DNA of 37,599 nt from Catajapyx aquilonaris (lineage: Eukaryota), in contig KZ538212.1 of assembly GCA_000934665.2 (NCBI GenBank), forward strand, positions 62,001 through 99,599, in the 5' to 3' direction. Both the position numbers and the translations under genes were made by a program. The notes beneath the pieces are model-generated. The model had not been told where the DNA came from. It worked only from the letters and a program-made list of their open reading frames with translations, and searched no databases. Positions 14,063-24,076 of the stretch are shown piece after piece; position 1 is the first letter of the stretch; the number at the start of each line of letters is the position of its first letter.

Positions 14063-14294
14063 CACTGCAAACCGCAAAACATTAAAAAAGCATCACTGGT
14101 GAGTCTCTCATGGAACATCAATTTCTAATGCTCTTATAATGCTCTGCCGATGCTCTTGTGATGCTTTTTAGCAACAAAAAAGCATCGCAGGAGCATCACA
14201 AGAGCATTAGAAGAGCATTAGAAGAGCATTAGAAATTGATGTTCCATGAGAGACTCACCAGTGATGCTTTTTTAATGTTTTGCGGTTTACAGTG
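14063..14294. mobile_element. Palindromic MITE with CACTG termini (CMC/EnSpm-like ends), TA-flanked
   Basis: TA|CACTGCAAACCGCAAAACATTAAAAAAGCATCACTGGTGAGTCTCTCATGGAACATCAATTTCTAATGCTCTT... mirrored at the right end ...CAGTG|TA, with internal 11-bp repeats (agaagagcatt). Confidence 0.85.
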
Positions 14295-16732
14295 TATGAA
14301 GTCTATCTTGAAGCTATCTACGTGACATACGTATACGAGACTTTCCATCTCTCGACTGACCAGTAGCAATCCGGAGACGAACAACTGAGGTATAAAATCC
14401 CCCCCGTTTTGCAGCCAGTTATCGCCTCAGTGAAACTTATACTCTAGTTCGGGTGCACTGGACCAATCGCTTTTTGAGGTTGGCAAAGAGTATATGAGGG
14501 AGTTTGGGGGAGGGGGGGGGGGAAGGGAGTCGCTTTACACGCGGTGGCAGCGACCCTATTTCCAAGCCTCGAAGCAGAAGATTAAATTTCCGAGTCAAAA
14601 GACAGACGCTTCGACCCCGGAGGACCCGGAGATCCAATTGTCTCATGCGCTAACTCACCGGAAAATCCGGGGCCTCGAAAAACTGGATTCCCTTCCTATA
14701 TGCTATAGCTGATGATGATGGAACTATACATATACACCTGCTCTCACCTGCGGAATAATATTCATGTATACCCTGTATTGAACTGGATTCAGGAGATTTG
14801 AATCATTAGGTTGGAGTTTGTTGATTTGAATCATTTGATTGGAGTTGGATAATTATACTGCTGATGAGGCTTATATCTGAACGCGTGGCTGTGTATCGAG
14901 GGCAGCAGTTTGCAAGTTTGATGAAGGCAAACTGTTTGAAACTTGCAGTCAAGAATCCCGCTTAAATTATTACCTTCTAATGGGATTTGCGCCAACTCAT
15001 CACGGGACGCTTCCTTTATCAATAATTCAAGGGGACATCATGCACTCGATAGTTCTGTTTATTATCTGTGTGCGAGCACACTTGCCAGGTGCTCGCTTCC
15101 TCTGGTAACCCTGCTATTGGCACCATTGATGACGTGGATGAGCAGCCAATGAGAAGCGGCTTGGTTGACAGGGGTGCCAAGTGAAGCGGAAGTGACTGTG
15201 CGTTTCAGATTGCGAATGGTAAGCGCAGGTGTGCAGCTGGGACTGTGAATGGTCAAATGGGGGACCGAGGGTGACAGAGGCGTGGCTCGAGAGGGGGACT
15301 GTCGCACGGGATCCGATTGGCGGAGGGGCAGTCCAGGTGGGGCCCCCACCGAAAAAAGGGGCCAGGTGATGAGAGCCTATATATACAACACGACGAGGGA
15401 AAAAGCACGGGAAAAAGAAGAAAAGATGGCGCCCCGGGGAGGCCTAACCTCCTCCAGGTTTGCGTGTCGGACTTGCCCTCCTCTCAGGTGGCAAGCCGCT
15501 TTCAAATTTCTGCGCCCACTACATCTCATTGTTTTACGGCCCAATTAAAACCATTATTTATGAGACGCGTCCGAAGCACCAGACACTCTTCATATCTCGA
15601 GGGGGGTCACTCTGACACGGGGTCACCGGATCGACCCCCCCCCTGCTTGGAATAGGGATTATCCTGCACATTAGGCTGCTCAAGTAGCCTAACGTGCCGG
15701 ATGAACCCTATCAACACACAAAACCTAACCTAACCCCACCAAAACTATATGCAGCCAATGAAGTCGAATTCTCCGAAATCAACGAAGGCAATTTCTGATT
15801 AAAAATTCGCAACTGGCGTCACCAGATCTTGACGGCCCGTCAAGAGTGGGTTGGCTGCTAATTAACAGCCTCGGTCATAAAAATCCAGGTTTATGTCCCC
15901 TTTTTCCACGTATTCATTCATCATTGCAGGTGCTGGCCACCCTGTAGGCCGCAAACTATATGACATGAAAATGTGGAAAAACCGGTTGCAAAATTGGAAA
16001 AAAAAGGCCAAGTCCGACCTTCCCCTCCGAAGAAACCTAATTCTATACCCCCGGATATTTTCTCCGGAGGGGATCCGGGCAAGAGTCGCAGCGTTGATGA
16101 AGCTGTCCCCTCAGGCCATGGTCATCCATCATAAGCACTCTCTCCACCCACCTAGATTTATCCATAACCTGCGCCTTGCGCTATATAGTTGAAGGCCATC
16201 TTACTTGAGTCGCATTGGCACCCTTGCTATAGTCTTCCGAGTTGGAATCAGTGCAGTGTTGGGATATATATAGGCCAAACCGAGAGACAATCATAGCAGC
16301 CCACTGCTGTGTTTCTCCCCCCTGGAGTATTGGCTACCCTGCAGTCCCGGACCTCATCTCGAGGCCTATTGACCTGAAGATGAAACATCTCCAAGGGGGG
16401 TGAGAGAGAGAGGAAGGAAGGAAGGAAGAGGGAGAGAGGGGGCAGACGTTGGGAAGGGCATTTGTCAGGAGGCCAGTGGGCAATGAATCTTTTAGGGTCA
16501 TCCCCTCCTCCTCCTCTGCTATATACACTGGTGGCAGGGGGTCATTCCCCCAAATGGAGTGGACCCAGATGATTGTTGGGGAGTTGGAGCCCCATATCCC
16601 GGATGATGGACTGTGGCGACACTTGAGACTCGCTCTTACGCCCCTCTAATTACAAAGCACGTACTTGCCTGTAATTATTTGCAAGTGAGGTCAAAATCGA
16701 CCAAAAATTCTATAGTTAAACCGATATATTAT

Positions 16733-17313
16733 GCTAGCAATAACCGCTATCTGCTACGCTACGTTATTTTCTACCCGCTATCTGCTACGCTACGTTATTT
16801 TCTACCCGCAACTACTAGTGATAACTGCTATGTTATTTGCTACTTGCTAGTGCTACGTTATTTTCTATCAGCATCTACTAGCGATAAGACCCGGATAAGA
16901 CTGATAACTGCTATGGTATCCGCTAATTGCTAAAGATACGCCGTTATTTTCCACCCACAACGAGTTGATGACTGCTCATATCCGTTACCTGCTAGAGCTG
17001 TGTTATTTCTTATTTTTTTAAATCCGATACCAAAGTCTTTGAAGCCAAAGAACAACCTGACGTCACACCAGCCGTGTTTTCTGAACATGCGCAGCAGTAT
17101 GCTTGCAGAGCGATTCGGGAACATGATAGGAGCCAAGAGCCTGATGGAGGCGGGCTGAACGTGACGTCATACCGTTCTTTGGTTTAACGCAATGCACTTA
17201 TGATAACTGCTACTTCCTAGTAATAATTGATATAAGTTATCCGCTACTTGCTAGCGCTACGTTATTTTCTACCGTCCTACTAGTAGTGATAACTGCTATC
17301 CGCTATTTGCTAT
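16733..17313. repeat. Degenerate tandem repeat (gctacgttattttctacc / gataactgcta cores)
   Basis: Exact 31-bp duplication at 16744-16805 and several diverged copies on both sides of an inserted block. Confidence 0.8.
17045..17182. mobile_element. Inverted-repeat element nested in the 16.7-17.3 kb repeat
   Basis: ccaaagaacaacctgacgtcac versus gtgacgtcataccgttctttgg (imperfect 22-bp inverted repeat). Confidence 0.55.
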
Positions 17314-19278
17314 TTCTGACTGAATTGTTTAAAATTTCAGATTGTTCGCTCCAGGAACCAGTTGGTATAGGACCTCTTTGCTATTTTTAGCACTGGTTTC
17401 TGAAGTAAACGCTTCATGACAAGCTTGTACATGCTCAGATTTTTTTTTGTGCTCAGTTTGGTCCTCCCCCCTCCGAATCTCAGGGGTCTTACGTGGCCCC
17501 CGTCGGAAAGATTCATTCCCGGCTCAATTTATGTCGCCGCCCAGGACGCCGCCCATATTTTAAAGTTTCAATTTGCGGATGACGCCGGGTTCAGCGGGGG
17601 AAAAGGCGGCCGCATATTATGCTTCCTAACGTGCACTATAGGAATGGATCCGTCTCTATTAAGAAGTTGAGGTCCACTTCTTACATCGCAGGGTATACTA
17701 TATGTTTTCCAGCCAATCCCGTAGAGATTGGAGTTGCGGATAGAAGATGAAGGATTCGACCCTGGAGGACCCCATTTCATATACAAGAAGCAAAGGAAAA
17801 GAAAAAAAAAAGTTTGGGGTTGGGTTAAGGAGCTAACCGAGGGTTAGTTGTGTCGGGGATGCGACACCTTGTAGGGCATGCTAAAACCCGTGGAATTGCG
17901 GACGTGATGCGGGTTTTGCAGCTGGGCTGCGCATCTGGGCTCCCTTGCGGCGTGCTCCCCTGCACTCCCTGCTCATCCCGCAGACCATCTCGCGATTCCC
18001 TCGGGAACACCCTATGCTGGAAAACCAGGAGAGGGTATAGGGGATGTGCGCGGTGTCCTCTAGGGAGACCAAGAAGCCTTGAGGGCGCAAAGGAGTGGCG
18101 CCACTTCCTGTGCACGTCACGCGGAGAATCCGCCTGGGATTGCGCGAGATCGCTCCAAAATCTCAGCGGTTGACTCCACAACGATTCATATTTGATCAAC
18201 ATTGTTGGATATCCCAGACTCCTGCGGATGAAGAGCTCATGCCCCCAGACGTTTATGGGGCTAGAAGCCGGTTATAAAAATGGCGGACGGCCGGATCGTA
18301 AAACCATTCGGCAGGTTTAGGATATTCGCAGTTAAACGCCGCCCAACTCGTAACAGTTCCCATTATGAGCCATGTCATACCCATTTGCGTGTCACATCAC
18401 TGTTGACTGTTCATCCCAGCAACCAAAGTCCATCTAGCAAGCGACCCCTTTGCGCTGTCGAAGAGTGACGGCAACGACATCCATCACAGACGGCGCCTTT
18501 TCCTTCCGGCAGAGAGAACAAGTCGAATCTCTCTGTTTACTACCGACCCCAGCAACCCTACAGGGATGTTATTCTCCTGGAAATCATCTCCAGCCAGCAA
18601 GACCCATAATCGGGAGGTAACAGGCACCGAATATACCCACATCAATCCTGGAGCAATACATATAGAGAAAAAAAAGAAGCAATCTGTCGTTGACAGCTAC
18701 AGGGTGTCTCACTGCACGGATTGGGGACCAGCAACGGTGGTTGCTGGAGCGAACAAAGTCTGCCCTGTTGTGTAAAGGGGGGAGGAATTAATTTGCGATG
18801 GTGGCCTATTTTCTGCGACACAAAGCACCCCCCCTCCGTCTAATGGCCTCCGCCTCAATTAAAAGTGAATAAGAGCAAAACGGGGGCCCGCGTGGTTTGG
18901 TAGGGACTCGTGGGGGGAGAGGCGCACGTCTTAATGACTGCCGGAAGATGAGTGATGAGTGGGGCCAAGCCGGGGCGAAAGGGCAAAAGACCCCCCCGAT
19001 GCCAAAGTGCTTGTAGTCCCCCCCAGTCTAATGGCGCAAGTCATCGTGGCGACATCTGAGCGCAGAGCGACTCACGTCATGTCGCCCGGAATTATTCCAT
19101 TCATTTTTCGACAGCCTGTGTTGGACACGCAACGATTCGGAGACCCTACGTACCAATTTAGCCTTTTAATATGATATTATTAAGACCAAATTCGACTCTA
19201 AATTGTCTTGTGTCCATGCCAGGCACGGTACGTCTCCTTGCCCAATAATTTCAACTAATTGCGGGCGCTTAAACTGGG

Positions 19279-19483
19279 GGGTTTGTATCCTTCAGCAGTA
19301 TACTGTCCGTCTTGTGCGCCGCTGGCCAACGAACGTTATTGCGGCTGTGCCATTTTTACCTGTGGCATTTCTTCCAGGTCAATTATTGTGGGCTTTGTAT
19401 CCGCCAGCAATATTGTCCGTTTTATGCGCCGCAGGCCAACGAACGTTATTGCGGCTTTGCCAATTTTTGCATGTGGCATTTTT
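19279..19483. repeat. Diverged ~111-bp tandem duplication
   Basis: Two copies of ...tgtatcc..cagca.ta.tgtccgt.tt.tgcgccgc.ggccaacgaacgttattgcggct.tgcca.tttt...tgtggcattt. Confidence 0.85.
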
Positions 19484-20341
19484 ACCCACGTAAATTCCTC
19501 CAGGACGCAATTCTAGGCATGCGGATGGAGAGTCTTTGGACCAAAATGGTTTTGTTATGATCCGTGGCGCCCTCCCTGTACACATCGGGCGGATGACAAG
19601 CGTCGAGTGATGGGAAGACAAATGGCGCTCGCACGCCGCCGGGTTGCTTTTTCTGGGGTAGACGGCAGTGTTTTTCGGGGTAAAGGTGGGGTGGGGGGAG
19701 TGGGGGTGGAGGCGATAAATCACTCCGATCACAGCGATTAGTTTCTGGACCAGGCCATTAGTTTCCCCAAAGACATGGGATTGGGTGGAGGAAAGGGGGG
19801 GCGTCAGCTGGCGTAAAGTCTGTGTAACCCCGGTGACCCAGCATCGGATGGAAGCAACGTCATCGCCACTGCTTTTCTACCATTCTTGCAGCAGCAGCCT
19901 TCCCTCGCTCTTCTCTTCGGATGGATGGACTCAACCCCCCCCTTTTCTTCCTCCATCCAACCCAGTTTGGATCCAAACACTTCATTCATCAACATTTTCG
20001 GCTTGAGAGAGTCTCTGCGGAGGAGAGGAGTCGGAATAATTTGCGGGCTCACCAACCCAACCAAATAACCCCCCACCACCAGTGAAAAACCCACAACTTT
20101 GATCAGGATATGTAGTCTATATGCTCATGGGTCAGACCGCGACCGAGACGCGGTCGCCATGACGCATAATGAGCCAAAGGGACATAATAAGAGCGCATTT
20201 TAGTCGCGGTCCAGACGGGGTCGAGATTGCTTCCAACCCTTGAATCGAGCATATAGGTCTCATGACCACGTCTCGAACGCGTCTACTTGCTATAGAAAAG
20301 TCACATTCGCACTATTGATGTTCAAATCCAAACTGGCAAGT

Positions 20342-20460
20342 CAATGGGTCGAATTTCCGTCCCACTGTTAGTTACTGCTAACTTAGCAGTACCAATGCCA
20401 AAACTGGCACTGCTAAGAGTTAGGAGTTAACTAACAGTGGGACGAAAATTCCGCCCACTG
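20342..20460. mobile_element. Small palindromic MITE-like element
   Basis: caatgggtcgaatttccgtcccactgttagtta... versus ...taactaacagtgggacgaaaattccgcccactg; inner ttagcagt/actgctaa also inverted. Confidence 0.75.
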
Positions 20461-21376
20461 TCTCAAAGAGTTACCATTTCTCAAATGAGAATTTCTTATG
20501 TATTTTGGTTTACTTCTTTACAAAAAATTAATTTATAGAAAATTGAGTTGTTATTATTATCATCCTGTTGTTGTTGTCGTCGTTGTTTCTTTGCAGTGTA
20601 AAAGGAACCATCTTCGTTATGGAGATGCGTACCAGGCTGCACCTTCATTTAGAGCGCGGATTGGACAACCTTTCTGTGAGGACGACAGATGGAAGCACCA
20701 ATCACTAACCTGCCTTCCTGCCACCTGGACATTCCCTGCCATCTATCGATCGCATAGAGAACCTGATGATATTGGGCGCCAACCTTAATAATAAATATTA
20801 GCAGTCAAAATGTCCAGTTAAACTTCGTGCAGTTTTGCATTGACTTATCGATGATGTGGCCCTTCAACTATCATTCCAGCCGGAAGAAGATTGCATTAAT
20901 TGGCAATATATTAGTATTGCAGTCGATTATTGCCAATCAATGGATAAGTTTTTGTAATTGCGTCTGATTATTGCAACATTTCCTGGCAATATTTGCTGTT
21001 TTATTAACAACCGGTTCATTGCAGGATTTTCTTGTGTGTCGTACTGTACCGCATGATGTCAGGTTGGGCTTGACTGATTGGCTGCTCTTTAAAGGTAGGG
21101 CTATTAGTAGGAGGGTGATAAGAAGCATACCCGTGGTTTTAATGCCTGGGTATGGTACCAAAGGAGTGAGTGATGGGATTATGATGAAGCACGCCGGGAG
21201 TGGTGAAGATCACGTGTGAATTAAGGAGAAGGTGAACACAATGTTACATCGTTGCGTCGCATACTTGAACCACAGTCATTATGCAGTACATGGGGATTAT
21301 TAATGTAGGCTAAGCTTTGTTAAACCTGACTCAAAGTGCGTTGTTATTGACATTCTCATTGCAAGTTGGACCAAAG

Positions 21377-23728
21377 ATGAAGGCAGCAGTGTCGTTTGAC
21401 AGAATTCTGGAGTCGGTTGGAGGATTTGGGGTGTGGCAGGTGTCCATCATCGCCATCACGTTCGCTTCCGGCACACTCTTCCTCTTCCACAACCTCTGCT
21501 ACGTGGTGGATTCGACCTCGCCCGGTCACTGGTGCGAGGTCAACCAACTGGACGGGGTCAACTGGACCCACCAAGAGATCAAGGAAATCAGCATCCCAAG
21601 GTACAAGCTGCACAGGATGTTATAGCCTACCAATTAATTGCAATAATTACAGGGAAGAAGATTCGCAGTTTAGCAGGTGTGCAATGTATGACCGGAATTA
21701 CTCTGTACTTTCGCGCATGACTTATGAGGAAGCGGCTAACATGACGTCCAATCAGACCGATATTATTCCGTGCCAGTCTTGGCACTACGACGGATACCCT
21801 TACAGTCAGACCACAGTCAGACAGGTAATGCGCTTCTACAATGAGGCTAATCACATGCTAATCACATGTTAATTACAGTGGGACTTGGTGTGTGACAGGA
21901 AGGCACTTCGACCAACAATCCAAACCGTGGCCACTTTCGGAGTGCTATGCTCCGGATTAGTGACAGGGCTGTTGGCTGACAAGTATGTTTTAAAGGGGAT
22001 GTAACCAGTATATAGTCAATAGATTAACCGTAGTTGGTACAACTGCTTTCAGAATCGGACGCAGAAAGACAATTCTGGCTGGAGTCCTCGTCATAATTCC
22101 AAGCCTCTTCATGGCCGCCATGTCCAGCAACTACTACCTGTTTCTTCTGCTACGTTTCATCACCGGATTGGCCGCCTTCGGAATTTACGCCAATTGCTAC
22201 GTACTTGGTAATTGCACACATTTTTAATCAGGATGTTCATTGATATGAGCTCAAAACCTTGCTAGAGTTATTATTTTATCTGATTTTTTTTGACATTCAG
22301 TTATTTCAGTTTCAGAAGTGATGGTGACCTCAAAGCGGGCCAATGCCTGCCTAGTGTTCGACATGGGTGCCGCACTAGGGGTCATCCTGTCAGCGGTGAC
22401 CTCTTACTGGCTGCCAAACTGGAGGCACTTGCATTTGGCAGCGGCTGGACTCAGCTGTACTTTCCTGCTCTACTTCAGGTATGCGAGCCAACGAACGTTA
22501 TCGTGGCTTTGCCATGGTCACCTGTTGTCATTGGGTTTGCGACCCACATAATATTATATTCAGGTACGTTCCGGAGTCTCCAAGATGGCTCATACTCAAA
22601 GGGAGGTTTGCAGAAGCGGAAAAGATACTGTTGAAAGCATCAGAAATGAACAGGACTGAACCACCCAGTGCTGACAACCTAAGAAGTATGATGGAAGACT
22701 TCAGACAATCCGTAAGTTCATTTTACATGTCGCTACAAGTGATCGTGACTTGAGTACATCAGGAGATAGGTCCGATTGGCAAGGAGACGAAGAGCAGCAC
22801 GTGGGACAAAGTGAAGCACGTGGCTGTCCTGTGGCGTACCCGAGAGATGAGGTCCAGAAGCCTCAAGATGTTCTGGGCCTGGTTCGTCATCGGTACGGCC
22901 AGCCACGCTCTCATTTACATGGGAGCACGTCTCCCGGCCGGTCCACACCTGGTCATGCTGGTCAAAGGTTGCGAGAAGTTCCTGGTCCGGTTCCTAGTCA
23001 TGTGGCAGATCGCTCTGGTCGGCAGAAGACCACTGTTCTCCACCTGCTTCTTCATCATCGCCATATTCGTCGCCATCTTCATCGCCACAAAAGACGGTAC
23101 TGTCACTCTTGTTATATTATAGCGCTACAGTTATCGTGATTTGATTATATCTAGATAACGAGGCATCGTAGACCAAATGACACCTCTACACAAAGTAATC
23201 CTCTGCTGACCAGGAGTAGTTTGACTGTTACACGCCCTTTAGTTGAAAAGCAGGGCAATTAAGTTGTAACGCGTTGATTGCATATTTCCTCAGAGCTTGA
23301 GTACGGAGCAGTTGCGCTGATTGTCGTGGCCATGGTTGCGGATGATTGCAACTTCACAAACGTTTATATCTACACCGCGGAGCTGTTTCCGACGGAAGTT
23401 AGAAGTTACAGCATCAGTGCGGGTTGTCTGCACGCCAGGATCGGAGGGATGCTGGCTCCATTTCTTGTGGATTATCTGGCAAGGACTTGATACATTTTTT
23501 GGGGGGAACAACTGATGACATTGTTATATACGGTGGCGTCGTTTTTTCCAGGGCGCCAGAAACGAGTATGTGCCAGGACTGACCCTAATCGTGGTCAGCG
23601 CGTTTGCCGGATTGACCAGTGCCATGTTGCCTGAGACCAGAGGTTGCAAGTTGCCAGAGTCGGTCGCTGAGGTTGAAAAGAGTCGCGACAAGAAAGTGGA
23701 GCCTGTCACTCAAGACACTCGATTATGA
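21377..23728 (+). CDS. SLC22-family (organic cation/anion transporter-like, MFS) gene, copy 1; 9 coding exons, ~555 aa
   Basis: Exons joined in frame: 21377-21600, 21653-21824, 21879-21982, 22053-22207, 22310-22478, 22564-22711, 22763-23096, 23294-23478, 23552-23728 (1668 nt including TGA). SLC22 hallmarks: N-terminal FDxILExVGGFGxWQ, Cys-containing N-glycosylated loop 1 (NWT, NYS), WDLVC, GLLADKIGRRK (MFS A-motif), PESPRWL, ELFPTEVR, LPETRG. The 104- and 155-nt exons match the typical SLC22 layout. Introns are GT-AG except the last (probable GC-AG). Confidence 0.93.
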
Positions 23729-23835
23729 TTGGACGCTCTCGCAATGATTATATGCTGTGTAAAAAAAATATTGAGGTGAGTGTGACGCGCATAACAAAAT
23801 TATCGCTGCTCGCCTTCTTTTATCTGATACCAAAC

Positions 23836-23841
23836 AATAAA
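23836..23841 (+). terminator. Probable polyadenylation signal of SLC22 copy 1
   Basis: AATAAA about 110 nt after the TGA stop at 23726-23728. Confidence 0.5.
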
Positions 23842-24076
23842 TTATGTGTATCGGGCATTGCTTGTTTAATATTGACCCAACACTACTTTACTGATAGTTC
23901 ATCATTGACTGGCAGTTCCAGTCATCGCCAGCTGGAGTGACATTCGTAATTGGTAAGACGTGCAATTGGGTTGAATTGTGCACAGCTTCCATGGTGATAT
24001 TCGCGACTATGTTGATTCCCAGTGCTCATTAATCAGGTAAATGCTATTTAAATTATTTGAATGTGACAGAACTGAG

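Noticed and set aside
14858..14890. Hammerhead-ribozyme-like ctgatgaggc...gaacgcgt
   Set aside because: The GAAA core is incomplete and stem II does not pair properly.
20114..20260. Short inverted repeats (ctatatgctc/gagcatatag, gaccgcgac/gtcgcggtc)
   Set aside because: Arms are too short and there is no target-site duplication; possibly an old MITE but not supportable.
811..21219. Short ORFs in the supplied track upstream of the SLC22 genes
   Set aside because: Low-complexity or random-looking translations, no recognisable domains, often overlapping on both strands or crossing palindromic repeats.
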